Positions 20,009-33,417 of a stretch of DNA of 49,235 nt are shown one piece after another. Origin of the DNA: Chromatiales bacterium USCg_Taylor. GTDB taxonomy: Bacteria; Pseudomonadota; Gammaproteobacteria; JACCXJ01. Below the pieces are notes generated by a model. That model worked only from the letters and a program-made list of their open reading frames with translations, was not told where the DNA came from and searched no databases. The DNA lies in NCBI GenBank assembly GCA_002007425.1, contig MUGK01000002.1, positions 1 to 49,235 on the forward strand. Direction: 5' to 3'. Position 1 is the stretch's first letter. Each line of letters starts with the position of its first letter. The position numbers and the translations under genes are program-made.

Positions 20009-20427
20009 GCAGGAGTCAACCTGTAAGCCGGGTTCTGTCCGCCGCGGCACAAAACGGCCTCAGCGGGGCAGTCATTTATCTTGGATGCATGTCACCATGC
20101 ACCTCTAGCGACCTACCCGGGAGCCCACGCGGGCCACGTGTCGCCACCCCTCATGGGGAGGCTCGCTCCCCTATTTGGCCTTGCTCCAGGTGGGGTTTAC
20201 CCTGCCACCGGCGTTAGCCGGCGCGGTGCGCTCTTACCGCACCTTTTCACCCTTGCCGCCCCGACCGGCCGGACCGTTACCGGCTTGCCCGCCGGGGGTT
20301 GGCGGTTTTTTCTCTGTGGCACTTTCCGTGAGTTCGCACTCCCCAGGCGTTACCTGGCACCCTGCCCTTGGAGCCCGGACTTTCCTCTGCATCGCATCGA
20401 CACAGCGACTACCCGGTTGACTCCTTG
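20009..20427 (-). ncRNA. rnpB: RNase P RNA, bacterial type A
   Basis: Minus-strand hallmarks are GAGGAAAGUCCGGGCUCC near the 5' end and GACAGAACCCGGCUUA near the 3' end. The P1 helix GGAGUCAACC (20425-20416) pairs with GGUUGACUCC (20021-20012). End coordinates are approximate, within about 5 nt. Confidence 0.9.
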
Positions 20428-20432
20428 CGATC

Positions 20433-21341
20433 TTAGTTTGTTGAGATCTCGCCCGAGTTGCAAGATCCCGCGCTTTCTTCCGGCTTCCCGTCCTCGGCAA
20501 CGCTGTGAGATGCGATCTCCAGCATAAGCCGGTAGATCTGATTCTTATTCGCGCCGGAAATCTCGGTCGCGGCCGCTACCGCTTGCCTCGCCGGCAGGTA
20601 TTTCAATAGGGTCGCGACCGAATGCCGCAACCGCTCATGATCATGGGCATCCCCCGCCGCACCCGCGACTACGATCACGATCTCGCCCTGGACACGCGCC
20701 TTCTCTTGCAACCATTCGGACAGGCCGCGCAAGGTTCCGGCAAACGTTTCCTCGTAAATTTTCGTCAACTCCCGCGCCAGCGTCACGCGACGATCCGCTC
20801 CGAAAAGCTCATTCATGTCGGCAACACAATCCCGCACGCGGTGCGGAACTTCGTAAACCACGAGGGTCCTCTGTTCATGGCGTAGTACCGACAAGCGATC
20901 CCGGCGGGCGGGCCGCCGTGGGGGCAGGAATCCCTCAAAGACAAACCGATCCGTGGGTAGGCCGGCTACTGCAAGACTCGCGACAATCGCGCAAGGCCCC
21001 GGAATCGAGCATAATTTGTAACCGGCGGCGCGTACGGCTTGCACCAAATGATAGCCCGGATCGCTTATCAAGGGCGTGCCGGCATCGCAAATCAGAGCAA
21101 CGCTCTGTCTGGCTGCCAAACGCCGCACCACGCCAGGGCACACACGTCTTTCATTATGTTGATGAAATGGTAACAGCGGTGTCGCGATCCCAAAATGGTT
21201 TAATAGACGCGCGCTCACACGGGTATCTTCCGCGAACACCACATCAACGTCGCCGAGCACTTGCCGAGCGCGCGGACTGAGATCCTGAAGATTTCCGATA
21301 GGCGTCGCTACGACGTAAAGAACACCCTGCTCGATTGACAC
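20433..21341 (-). CDS. rsmI: 16S rRNA (cytidine1402-2'-O)-methyltransferase
   Basis: GVLYVVATPIGNLQDLSPRA and other tetrapyrrole-methylase-fold motifs. The most likely start is GTG 21341, with GGAAGGG 9 nt upstream. The track start 21449 would overlap divergent lpoA. Confidence 0.85.
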   Translation of the reverse strand: MSIEQGVLYVVATPIGNLQDLSPRARQVLGDVDVVFAEDTRVSARLLNHFGIATPLLPFHQHNERRVCPGVVRRLAARQSVALICDAGTPLISDPGYHLVQAVRAAGYKLCSIPGPCAIVASLAVAGLPTDRFVFEGFLPPRRPARRDRLSVLRHEQRTLVVYEVPHRVRDCVADMNELFGADRRVTLARELTKIYEETFAGTLRGLSEWLQEKARVQGEIVIVVAGAAGDAHDHERLRHSVATLLKYLPARQAVAAATEISGANKNQIYRLMLEIASHSVAEDGKPEESAGSCNSGEISTN

Positions 21342-21372
21342 GGCCGCAAGCCCTTCCGATACTGTTCTGACA

Positions 21373-23205
21373 ATGCCCCCATTATTAAACACCACCCTGC
21401 GCCGGTTTGCTTTCTTGCTGTTCGCAGTGGCGGCAGGATGTGCGCACATTGCATCGCGCGCGCCGCAGGTGAAGCCTTACTCCGACCAACAGGCTATGCG
21501 TTTGTTGCAGTCCGGAAAGCTAGAGGCGGCGGCCGCCGAGTTTCAACGCTTGCAGGGGATTTCCTCGGCACCCGAATCCTACCGGTTCGGGTTGCGCGCG
21601 GCGGATACGTTTTTGAAAGCGCGACGCGTGGGAGAGGCCCGCCAGGTCTTGGACGGGATCAAGGTTCCGGCGGGCGAGCACTACTTGAAAGTATGGCACA
21701 CCCTGTTATCGGCGCAAACATCTTTGCTGAGCCGCAACGCCGAGGAAGCGCTGGCCGCATTAAAGCGTATCGAAGGCGATCGGGTTCCCGATGCGTTACG
21801 CCCGCGCTACCATCGGATTCTTGCCGACGCCTATCAAGCCAAGGGTGAATTTTTGTCGGCGGCGCGGGAGCAGGTGGCGCTGGATCCCTATCTCGCCGAC
21901 GAAAAACTGAAGCGCGCCAATCGCTTGGCTATTTGGGACACACTCCATCAGGTCACGCGTTCCGATCTCACCCAAGAACGATCCCTCGGCTCGCCATTGC
22001 TACGCGGCTGGATTGATCTCGCGCTTATCGCCAGATCAGACACTGACCCCTCGTTCGAAGCACTGCTCGCCACTTGGGAGAAGCAATACCCTCATCACCC
22101 GGCGCGTCAAGAAGCCTTGCCGCGAGTCCGGGAGCAACGGGCCGTTCTGAACCTCGATCCAGAGCACATCGCGCTGCTGCTGCCTCTGTTCGGCCAGTAT
22201 GCCGAAGCCGCGGCCGCAATCAAAGACGGTTTTATCGCCGCCTGGTACAGCGATGGCGCAAACAGCGCGCGGCGTACCCTATCGATCCATGACACCAATG
22301 CGGCCAACGCCCCCGCCGTCTATCGGCGTGCGGTGGAGGAGGGCGCCGAGTTTGTCGTCGGTCCCTTGGACAAAAAAGCGCTGAAGGTATTGGTTGCCTC
22401 CAACGTGATTGCGGTCCCGACGCTGGCGTTGAATCGGATCGAGGACTTGGATCACCGCGCTGATATTCGCTATTTGTATCAGTTTGGCCTGCCGCCGGAG
22501 GACGAGGCCGGACAGATCGCCGAGCGCGCTTGGTTGGACGGGCGCTTGAGCGCACTGGTCTTAACACCTGCCACTCCCTGGGGCGAACGGCTGTTGCGGG
22601 CGTTCAAGCAACGCTGGCAAGATTTGGGAGGCGAAATCGTGGTCCAGCAAACTTATCAACGTGATGCCAGTAATATCGAGACTGCGGTTGCGGAGCTGAT
22701 GCGCGCTAGCGTTCGCCCTCCAGCGTCGCCGACACCGCTAGGCGAGGCCTACGCCGCAGGCTCTTCAGCGGACTTCATTTTCATGGCCGCTTCCCCCCAT
22801 GAGGCCCGTTTGATACTTCCGTGGATAGCCTCGCGCGGCCGTGATCGCCTGGCCATCTACGCGACATCCCACGTCTACTCCTCCGCGCCTACCCCGGAAG
22901 CCGATAGCGCTCTAGATGGGGTGATATTCGGTGACATGCCGTGGGTGCTCGATCCTTACCGCAGCGAACTTAGCGCGAGCACGAGGCATCATTGGCCTAA
23001 GAGATTTGAGACCCATGCACGGTTGTATGCCTTTGGCGTCGATGCCTACCACCTGATGACTCGCATCGGAGCGCTTCAAAGCGATCCCTCGGCACGGCTG
23101 GAGGGTGTCACCGGGATCCTGCGTATGGATGAACACAAACGCATTCGTCGGCAGCTAGTGTGGGCTCAATTCCTGAGCGGCGTGCCTGCGTTGCTGCGTG
23201 AATAG
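21373..23205 (+). CDS. lpoA: Penicillin-binding protein activator LpoA (outer membrane lipoprotein)
   Basis: 610 aa with lipobox AVAAGC. It has a TPR-like N-domain and a periplasmic-binding-protein-like C-domain. It follows the conserved rsmI / lpoA-yraN-diaA-dolP order. Confidence 0.8.
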   Translation: MPPLLNTTLRRFAFLLFAVAAGCAHIASRAPQVKPYSDQQAMRLLQSGKLEAAAAEFQRLQGISSAPESYRFGLRAADTFLKARRVGEARQVLDGIKVPAGEHYLKVWHTLLSAQTSLLSRNAEEALAALKRIEGDRVPDALRPRYHRILADAYQAKGEFLSAAREQVALDPYLADEKLKRANRLAIWDTLHQVTRSDLTQERSLGSPLLRGWIDLALIARSDTDPSFEALLATWEKQYPHHPARQEALPRVREQRAVLNLDPEHIALLLPLFGQYAEAAAAIKDGFIAAWYSDGANSARRTLSIHDTNAANAPAVYRRAVEEGAEFVVGPLDKKALKVLVASNVIAVPTLALNRIEDLDHRADIRYLYQFGLPPEDEAGQIAERAWLDGRLSALVLTPATPWGERLLRAFKQRWQDLGGEIVVQQTYQRDASNIETAVAELMRASVRPPASPTPLGEAYAAGSSADFIFMAASPHEARLILPWIASRGRDRLAIYATSHVYSSAPTPEADSALDGVIFGDMPWVLDPYRSELSASTRHHWPKRFETHARLYAFGVDAYHLMTRIGALQSDPSARLEGVTGILRMDEHKRIRRQLVWAQFLSGVPALLRE

Positions 23206-23216
23206 ACATCGCCGGC

Positions 23217-24775
<1,559 letters not shown>

Positions 24776-24818
24776 CAGGGAGCACCTCCGCGGCGCCGGG
24801 CACGCATGCTTGGACTTG

Positions 24819-25190
24819 TTATTTAATCAGCGTGAGGACGGGTTTCCGCGGCGCAGGACGGTTCACCGCATCCGGTTCGGGGGCAAACACCATGCCCTTG
24901 CCGTTTTCCTTGGAATAGATGGCTTCGACTGCGGTGAGCGGAACGAGGATCCCGTAAGCCGTTCCGCCAAACCGTCCGCTGAATTCAATCGAAGTATTGT
25001 CGATTTTCAAACCGTGTACGGCGGCAGGCGATATATTTAGTATGATTCTGCCATTTTTCACATACTGCGGAGGAACCACCACCCCGGGGCGGGTCGTATC
25101 CACGATCAGATGCGGGGTAAGCTGGTTATCAACGATCCAGGCGTAAAGTGCGCGCAGCAAATACGGACGCGTAGAACTTAGTTTCTCCAT
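24819..25190 (-). CDS. sspB: ClpXP adaptor / stringent starvation protein B
   Basis: From MEKLSSTRPYLLRALYAWIVDNQLTPHLIVD it matches the E. coli SspB N-terminus closely. The C-terminal VLTLIK resembles the ClpX-binding LRVVK tail. Start trimmed from 25364. Confidence 0.85.
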   Translation of the reverse strand: MEKLSSTRPYLLRALYAWIVDNQLTPHLIVDTTRPGVVVPPQYVKNGRIILNISPAAVHGLKIDNTSIEFSGRFGGTAYGILVPLTAVEAIYSKENGKGMVFAPEPDAVNRPAPRKPVLTLIK

Positions 25191-25338
25191 TTCCAATGGC
25201 CCTACGAAGTCGTCGGAAACCAGTCCGGCTTCCGCCCACGAACTCCGTTGCTGGTGCGTGGCGCTAACAGGACAATCGGCAACATAATATCTTAAAGCCA
25301 GCGCCTTGTATCGCTCTGAATGCAGCTCAAAACCTCTC

Positions 25339-25968
25339 TTATTGTTCCCGCATGTCCTTTTCAAACTCCGACAGGCTGAATTTGAACGACGATCGCGCGA
25401 ATAAGCGTTCCGCGTACTTTAGAAGCGGCTTTGCTTGATTCGGCAGTTTGATGCCGTAGTACTGCAACCGCCAAAGCAAGGGCGCTATCGAACAATCCAC
25501 CAACGAATAATCGGCTGACATGAAATACCGGCAGTGCACGAAACTCGGCGCTATCACCGTAAGATTATCGCGCAAAGCCTTGCGTGCATTGGATGCCGCA
25601 ATCTCATTCTTCCCGGTAACGCTGTCGATCCAGTGGTAAAGATCACGAAACACCCGATACCGAAACTGACGGTTATTGGCGCGCGCCACCGGATCCACCG
25701 GCAACAGGGGAGGGTGCGGAAAACGCTCGTCCAAATATTCCATCATGATCTGAGCGTCGTATAGCACAAGATCGCGATCGATGAGCGTCAGCACCGTGCC
25801 GTAAGGGTTAAGTTCGTCGAGATCTTCAGGCCGGTTATCCAGCCTGACATAGTTGATGTCGACGCTAACGTCTTTTTCCGCTAACACGATCCGAGCACAG
25901 TGTCCGATGGGATCCTTCGGCTCGCAATAGAGGGTCATGACAGAGCGTCTGCCGGTGAGCACAGCCAT
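25339..25968 (-). CDS. sspA: Stringent starvation protein A (GST-like)
   Basis: From MAVLTGRRSVMTLY. IMEYLDERFPHPPLLPVDPVAR and SLVDCSIAPLLWRL match E. coli SspA. Start trimmed from 26091. Confidence 0.9.
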   Translation of the reverse strand: MAVLTGRRSVMTLYCEPKDPIGHCARIVLAEKDVSVDINYVRLDNRPEDLDELNPYGTVLTLIDRDLVLYDAQIMMEYLDERFPHPPLLPVDPVARANNRQFRYRVFRDLYHWIDSVTGKNEIAASNARKALRDNLTVIAPSFVHCRYFMSADYSLVDCSIAPLLWRLQYYGIKLPNQAKPLLKYAERLFARSSFKFSLSEFEKDMREQ

Positions 25969-26014
25969 TGGCTTAATGAGTGAGAGTTTTGATCGGCAGC
26001 ATGGCCAGGATGAC

Positions 26015-26740
26015 TTATATATCTTTCCAGTACTCTTGTTTGAGCAAATACGCAATGGCCAAAAATACGGCGAGATATAACAACACCCCAATGCCTACGT
26101 TCTGTCGCAAGGGTTTAACAGGTTCCGCAAGATAGGCAAGAAAACTGACTAGGTCTCGGACCATGTTCTTGTATTCACTGTCGGGCAAGCGGCCCGCGAT
26201 GGCCATCTCCAGGCTCAGGCTATCACCTCGCCCTGCATTCTCGACCTGCTGAGCGAGCCGTCGCCACCCCTGATATTCCCATAATACATGCGGCATCGCG
26301 GTACCCCTGGACTCGAGGTTGTTGACGCCCGTCGGCCGGCTCGGGTCGAGATAGAACGAGGTTAGAAACGCAAACAACCACTCCGGGCTCCGTGACCGGG
26401 CGATCACGGATAAATCGGGCGGAACGACTCCAAACCACGCTTCCGCGTCCACGGCCCGCATCGCGATCTCCATCGTATTTCCTATCTTATCAGTTACAAA
26501 CATCAGCTTTTCAACCATGAGCGGCTCCGGAATAACCAGGTCGGAGGCAATTCTGGAAAAGCGCATATACGACGCGGAATGGCAACTCAGGCAATAATTC
26601 ACAAATACTTTTGCCCCGCGTTGCAGGGACGCTTTATCGCGTATATCAATTTCAATCGGCTCCAAAGGCCGGGCCGCTTCGGCGAGGCTACACAAACCGA
26701 ATAGCGACGTACCGATGAGCGTTAGTGCCGCTGTTCGCAC
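26015..26740 (-). CDS. petC: Cytochrome c1 subunit of ubiquinol-cytochrome c reductase
   Basis: 241 aa with a signal peptide, the heme motif CLSCHS and a C-terminal TM anchor. It lies downstream of petB. Confidence 0.85.
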   Translation of the reverse strand: MRTAALTLIGTSLFGLCSLAEAARPLEPIEIDIRDKASLQRGAKVFVNYCLSCHSASYMRFSRIASDLVIPEPLMVEKLMFVTDKIGNTMEIAMRAVDAEAWFGVVPPDLSVIARSRSPEWLFAFLTSFYLDPSRPTGVNNLESRGTAMPHVLWEYQGWRRLAQQVENAGRGDSLSLEMAIAGRLPDSEYKNMVRDLVSFLAYLAEPVKPLRQNVGIGVLLYLAVFLAIAYLLKQEYWKDI

Positions 26741-26749
26741 TTCACGCCC

Positions 26750-27979
26750 TCAACTCAAGCGCTCTGGCACGGGCTTCGATTTATCCCACTTGGTATAAAA
26801 CGGCATGAGCAGGAAAAATAGGAAGTACAATGCCGAGAAGATCCTGGCGAGCAAGGTATAAAGACCCGTTGGGTTTTGCGTCCCCAGATAACCCAGCCCG
26901 ATAAAGCTGATCGTGAAGAGGGCCAACGCCGTTTTGTATAAGGGGCCGCGGTAACGGATCGACCTGACTGGGCTTTTATCCAACCATGGGATTAAGAATA
27001 GGGCTAGCATAGCCAGGGTCATGGCGAGCACACCGAGAAGCTTATCCGGAATGGCGCGTAGGATCGAGTAAAAAGGCGTGAGATACCACAGCGGAGCAAT
27101 GTGCTCCGGCGTCACGATCGGATTGGCCGGCTCGAAGTTATTATGCTCCAAGAACCAGCCGCCCATCTCCGGTATGAAGAATACCACCAGCGCAAACAAG
27201 ATCAGGAACACGACGATTCCGACGAGATCTTTTACCGTGTAATAAGGGTGAAACGGGATGCCATCGAGCGGCATGCCTTTGGAATCCTTCCGGTACTTTA
27301 TCTCGACGCCATCGGGATTATTGGACCCGACCTCGTGCAGGGCTAGGAGGTGAGCCACCACCATGCCGATTAGGACCAGGGGAACCGCAATAACATGAAA
27401 CGCGTAGAATCGGTTCAGCGTAGCGTCGGAAACTTCGTAGTCGCCCCGGATCCACAAAGCGATATCTTCGCCGATCACGGGAATGGCGCCGAATAGCGAG
27501 GTGATGACCTTGGCGCCCCAATAGGACATTTGTCCCCAGGGCAGGAGATAGCCGAAGAAGGCCTCGGCCATGAGCAGGAAATAGAGTGTCATGCCGATCA
27601 ACCACAGAAGCTCGCGCGGGCGTTTATACGAGCCGTATAACAGCGCCCTGAACATATGCAAATAGATCACGATGAAGAACGCCGAGGCTCCGGTCGAATG
27701 CATGTAGCGAATGAGCCAACCCCACTCGACATCGCGCATGATGTATTCGATCGAAGCAAACGCTTGGCCGGCGTCGGGTTTGTAGTACATCGCCAACCAG
27801 ATCCCCGTGACAATCTGGATGAAGAGGACGAGCAGCGCGAGCGAACCGAAGTAATACCAGAAGTTAAAATTCTTTGGCGCATAGTATTTCGCCGCGTGCT
27901 CGTTCCAGAGTTTGCTCAGCGGAAATCGGGCGTCGATCCAATCAAGCAATCGCGACCGGCGCCCGCTACGGCTGCTCAT
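26750..27979 (-). CDS. petB: Cytochrome b subunit of the bc1 complex
   Basis: 409 aa polytopic protein with the NFNFWYYFGSLAL segment and conserved His ligands in helices B and D. Confidence 0.95.
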   Translation of the reverse strand: MSSRSGRRSRLLDWIDARFPLSKLWNEHAAKYYAPKNFNFWYYFGSLALLVLFIQIVTGIWLAMYYKPDAGQAFASIEYIMRDVEWGWLIRYMHSTGASAFFIVIYLHMFRALLYGSYKRPRELLWLIGMTLYFLLMAEAFFGYLLPWGQMSYWGAKVITSLFGAIPVIGEDIALWIRGDYEVSDATLNRFYAFHVIAVPLVLIGMVVAHLLALHEVGSNNPDGVEIKYRKDSKGMPLDGIPFHPYYTVKDLVGIVVFLILFALVVFFIPEMGGWFLEHNNFEPANPIVTPEHIAPLWYLTPFYSILRAIPDKLLGVLAMTLAMLALFLIPWLDKSPVRSIRYRGPLYKTALALFTISFIGLGYLGTQNPTGLYTLLARIFSALYFLFFLLMPFYTKWDKSKPVPERLS

Positions 27980-28584
27980 ACCACGCCTTTCTCATCCGCC
28001 CCGATCACTAAGCGAGTCGCACTCAGATACCGGTGGGGAGGCACGACAAGATTACTCGGGGCCGGGAACCCTTTCTCGACGCGCCCGGCGAGATCGAACC
28101 GCGAACCGTGGCAAGGACAAAAGAAACCTCCGCGCCAGTTCGCTCCGAGCTGCGATGATAGCTCCGACGATTCCCCCGCGGGAACATAGGCCGGCGAGCA
28201 CCCGAGGTGGGTGCAGGTCCCGATGAGCACCAGATATTCGGGATTTATCGACCGGTGGTTATTCACCGCATAAGCGGGTTGTTGCGGCTCCTCGGAGGTA
28301 GGATCAATCAGTTCTTCCTGGTGTCCGCTGAGGGTCGCCAGTGCCTCTTCTGAGCGTCGCAGCACCCACACCGGCCTACGTCGCCACATCGCCCGCATCA
28401 ACTGGCCGGGTTTGAGCTGGCTGATATCCACTTCGATGGGCGCGCCTTCGGCCAGTGTCTTGGCGCTCGGCTGCAAGGAGGCCACGAAAGGCGTTGCAGC
28501 CAATACCACGCCCGTGCCGCCCACGACCGACGCCGCCGTGGTAAGAAATCGGCGCCGCTTGCAATCTACCTCGTCATCGCTCAC
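27976..28584 (-). CDS. petA: Rieske 2Fe-2S subunit of the bc1 complex
   Basis: Tat signal KRRRFLT plus the cluster boxes CTHLGC and CPCHGS. Confidence 0.95.
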   Translation of the reverse strand: MSDDEVDCKRRRFLTTAASVVGGTGVVLAATPFVASLQPSAKTLAEGAPIEVDISQLKPGQLMRAMWRRRPVWVLRRSEEALATLSGHQEELIDPTSEEPQQPAYAVNNHRSINPEYLVLIGTCTHLGCSPAYVPAGESSELSSQLGANWRGGFFCPCHGSRFDLAGRVEKGFPAPSNLVVPPHRYLSATRLVIGADEKGVV

Positions 28585-28671
28585 ATGCCATCTCCAAATG
28601 CTGGGAAACCGCCGTTCAGATGAGGCGAATTATACATAACCAACGCGGTTGTGGGGTTTCACAAAGTTTGT

Positions 28672-29787
28672 CTATTCGCAGAGGTGCATTGTCAATGCTG
28701 CACAAAACGCCTCGTTTTCCTCATGCCGACCGACCGTCACCCGCAGGCAGTCCGCGAGGAGTGGATGCTGCCCATTTAAATTTTTTACAAGAATGTTCTG
28801 GTGTCTAAGCCCATTGAATACCCGATCGGCCCGGCCGGGTATGCGTAGGAGCAGGAAATTCGTGCGGCTGGGCCACACCTGTAGGCCTCGCATCGCAGCG
28901 AGCGCTTGATAGAGCACCTGACGTTCCAAACAAATCTGCGCGATCTGGGCCGCGAACACCTCGGCGTGTGTGAGCATGAACGCGCCGCTCGCTTGTGATA
29001 GAGAATTCATGTTGTACGGCAACCGGGTTTTATTGATCTCGGCAAGCCATTCCGGCGCTCCGATCAGCATGCCGATGCGTAGGCCCGCTAGTCCGATCTT
29101 AGAAAGGGTGCGGAGTATCAGTACTCGCGGGTGACGCGATAGCTCATCAATCCAGGTCCCGCAAGCGAAACTAAAGTAGGCCTCATCGATCAATACTAAA
29201 CCGGGGCTTGCGGCAATGATCTCCGCGATGAGCCCGCGATCGAAAAGATTTCCGGTGGGGTTGTTGGGATAGCTCAAAGCGACCACGACCGGCTGACGAC
29301 CTTGGATCGCGCTGAGCATCGCCGCGCCATCGAGATCAAAATTCAAGCTTTTCAAAGGCACTCCCACATATTCGAGGCCCGTGATCTTGGCGATCCGCCG
29401 ATACATGGCAAATGTGGGTTCGGGCGCTACCAAGCACCGGCCCGGCCCTCCCACGGTTAACCCAACCATTTGGATAAGCTCATCGGAACCGTTACCGAGC
29501 AGCAGATCCAATCCCGAGGGCAGTTCCAGATAGGTCGCGAGGCGATCCTTCAAGTTGCGGGCTTCACCGTCGGGATAGCGGTTCAGCAGGACATGGCGGA
29601 GAACCTCCAGCCACGCGCCGGCGAGCTCCTCGGGCCAGGAGTAAGGGTTCTCCATGGCATCGAGCTTGATGCATCCGTGGGCCTCGGGGACGGCATACGC
29701 CGCAAGCTCCCGCACCTCGGGGCGGACCCAGTCGTCGATCCGCGCCGGGTTCATCACTCCCGGTGCTTGCTCGGTGTAACGCTTCAT
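28672..29787 (-). CDS. hisC: Histidinol-phosphate aminotransferase
   Basis: Class II aminotransferase with YPNNPTGN and the PLP-lysine context LRTLSKIGLAGLRIG. Start trimmed to ATG 29787 (MKRYTEQ), which overlaps the hisD stop as TGATG. The track extension lies inside hisD. Confidence 0.85.
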   Translation of the reverse strand: MKRYTEQAPGVMNPARIDDWVRPEVRELAAYAVPEAHGCIKLDAMENPYSWPEELAGAWLEVLRHVLLNRYPDGEARNLKDRLATYLELPSGLDLLLGNGSDELIQMVGLTVGGPGRCLVAPEPTFAMYRRIAKITGLEYVGVPLKSLNFDLDGAAMLSAIQGRQPVVVALSYPNNPTGNLFDRGLIAEIIAASPGLVLIDEAYFSFACGTWIDELSRHPRVLILRTLSKIGLAGLRIGMLIGAPEWLAEINKTRLPYNMNSLSQASGAFMLTHAEVFAAQIAQICLERQVLYQALAAMRGLQVWPSRTNFLLLRIPGRADRVFNGLRHQNILVKNLNGQHPLLADCLRVTVGRHEENEAFCAALTMHLCE

Positions 29788-31097
29788 CAGCGTCCGGGCA
29801 GGATGCGGTACTCGGCCGAACGGGCGTGCGCGGTAAGCCCTTCGGCACGCGCTAATATGGCGGCCGTGCGGCCTAGCTTGCTTGCCGCCGGCGCCGGGCA
29901 CATGATCAACGAGGACCGCTTCTGAAAATCGTAGACGCCCAGCGGCGAGGAGAAGCGCGCCGTGCGGCCGGTCGGCAACACGTGGTTGGGGCCCGCGCAG
30001 TAGTCCCCAAGCGCCTCCGCGGCGTAGGGCCCGACGAAAATCGCCCCCGCGTGCTTGATCTTCGGTACCCATTGCTCTGCATCCGTCAGCGCCAGTTCAA
30101 GATGTTCCGGCGCGATACGGTTGGCGAGATCAATCGCTTCCTCGATGTCCCGCACCTTGATCAAAGCCCCTCGGGAGGACAAGGCCGCCTCGATAATCGA
30201 AGCGCGCTCCATCGCCGGGAGCTCACGCTCGATGCTCGCCGCGACCGCTTGCAAATACGACGCATCGGGAGAGAGCAACAATGCCTGGGCTTGTTCGTCA
30301 TGTTCGGCCTGCGCGAAAAGGTCCATCGCCATCCACTCGGGCGGCGCCGCGCCGTCGGCGACGATGAGCACTTCCGAGGGCCCGGCGATCATGTCGATCC
30401 CAACCGCGCCGAACACCGCCACCTTGGCCGCAGCGACATAACTATTCCCCGGCCCGACGATCTTATCGACACGTGGGATGGTCTCGGTCCCATAGGCGAG
30501 CGCCGCGATCGCCTGCGCACCGCCCACCGTGAACACCCGATCGACCCCAGCAATGGCCGCCGCAGCGAGTACGATCGGTTCGAGTTTGCCCTCGGGCGCG
30601 GGCACCACCATGACGATCTCGTTTACGCCCGCGACCTTGGCGGGAATGACGTTCATCAGAACCGACGAGGGATAGGCCGCCTTGCCGCCGGGCACATAAA
30701 CGCCGGCCCGATCCATCGCTGTCAGTCGCTGCCCCAACACCGTTCCATCGTCCTCCCGATAGCTCCAAGAAGCCTGTTGTTGCCGCTCGTGGTAGCGGCG
30801 AATGCGGTCGGCTGCGGTCTCCAGGGCATCCCGTACGGGCGACTCACAGGACACGAGCGCCTTGCGTAGCCGCTCGTCGGAGAGCGCCAGATCGCTCGGG
30901 CCAGCCACCGGGCGGCGGTCGAACTTCACGGTGTATTCGATGAGCGCGGCATCGCCACGCTGGCGCACATCGTCGACGATCGCGCGCACGCTCTCGACGA
31001 TCTCGCGGTCGGTTGAACTATCGTGGCCTAAGAGAGCGCTAAGCTCATCGTCAAACTGCGGGTCTGCCGTGTCTAGGCCTCGAATCTTCATTAGCAA
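29787..31097 (-). CDS. hisD: Histidinol dehydrogenase
   Basis: 436 aa with [28 protein letters not shown] and QAEHDEQAQ motifs. Confidence 0.95.
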   Translation of the reverse strand: MLMKIRGLDTADPQFDDELSALLGHDSSTDREIVESVRAIVDDVRQRGDAALIEYTVKFDRRPVAGPSDLALSDERLRKALVSCESPVRDALETAADRIRRYHERQQQASWSYREDDGTVLGQRLTAMDRAGVYVPGGKAAYPSSVLMNVIPAKVAGVNEIVMVVPAPEGKLEPIVLAAAAIAGVDRVFTVGGAQAIAALAYGTETIPRVDKIVGPGNSYVAAAKVAVFGAVGIDMIAGPSEVLIVADGAAPPEWMAMDLFAQAEHDEQAQALLLSPDASYLQAVAASIERELPAMERASIIEAALSSRGALIKVRDIEEAIDLANRIAPEHLELALTDAEQWVPKIKHAGAIFVGPYAAEALGDYCAGPNHVLPTGRTARFSSPLGVYDFQKRSSLIMCPAPAASKLGRTAAILARAEGLTAHARSAEYRILPGR

Positions 31098-31103
31098 AAC
31101 TCG

Positions 31104-31820
31104 CTAGCGCTCCGGCTTGCGATCCGTCGCGGTCTGATCCACCGCTTCCGCCAGCTCCGCGATGAGCGCCTTCACCGAGGCGTTTTTTACCTTCATCGCG
31201 GCTTTGTTGATTATCAGCCGCGCACTGACCTCCGCAATCGTCTCCAGCACCACCAATCCGTTTGCCTTGAGCGTGTTGCCGGTATCCATTAGGTCCACGA
31301 TGCAGTCGGCCAATCCAACCAAGGGCGCGAGCTCCATCGATCCGTAAAGATGTATAACCTCGACCTGGTCTCCCTTCTGCGCGAAATGCCGGCGCGTCGT
31401 CTGCACGTACTTCGTCGCGACGCGCAGCCGTCCGGCGCGCGGCAGAGGTTCGGCCTTCCCCGCGACCACGAGCTTGCAGCGGGCGATATCGAGGTCCAGC
31501 GGCTCATAGAATCCCTCGCCCCGGTATTCCAGCAACACGTCCTTTCCGGCGACGCCGAAATCGGCGGCGCCGTAATCGACGTACGTGGGCACGTCCGCGG
31601 CGCGGACGATCACCAAGCGTAGCCCCCGATCCTTGAGCGGGATCACGAGACTGCGCGAGGTCTCCGGGTCCTCGGCGGGTTTGATTCCTATGCGATCGAG
31701 GAGGATGCGGAACTCCGAGAGGATGCGGCCCTTCGACACCGCGATGGCCAACGTCGATCCCCGATCGAGCCCCCGAACGCGTCCGGCTTGAGGCCTCATT
31801 TCAGCCACTGGAAGTGCCAC
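31104..31820 (-). CDS. hisG: ATP phosphoribosyltransferase (short HisG form)
   Basis: [10 protein letters not shown] and [16 protein letters not shown] motifs. The start is uncertain among GTG 31820, ATG 31799 and TTG 31751; the last has a GGGGA SD and would give a typical ~215 aa protein. Confidence 0.85.
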   Translation of the reverse strand: MALPVAEMRPQAGRVRGLDRGSTLAIAVSKGRILSEFRILLDRIGIKPAEDPETSRSLVIPLKDRGLRLVIVRAADVPTYVDYGAADFGVAGKDVLLEYRGEGFYEPLDLDIARCKLVVAGKAEPLPRAGRLRVATKYVQTTRRHFAQKGDQVEVIHLYGSMELAPLVGLADCIVDLMDTGNTLKANGLVVLETIAEVSARLIINKAAMKVKNASVKALIAELAEAVDQTATDRKPER

Positions 31821-31826
31821 CGCTTC

Positions 31827-33413
<1,587 letters not shown>

Positions 33414-33417
<4 letters not shown>

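Noticed and set aside
28672-30072. Apparent large overlaps and long N-terminal extensions in the ORF track. Affected genes are hisC/hisD, murB/murC, murA, sspA, sspB, mraZ, ftsI, ftsL, ftsZ, murD, diaA and the kinase at 47011.
   Set aside because: The extensions have no homology and run into the upstream gene. Homology-consistent internal ATG or GTG starts coincide with the upstream stop (ATGA or TGATG overlaps) or with SD motifs. These are artefacts of longest-ORF calling.
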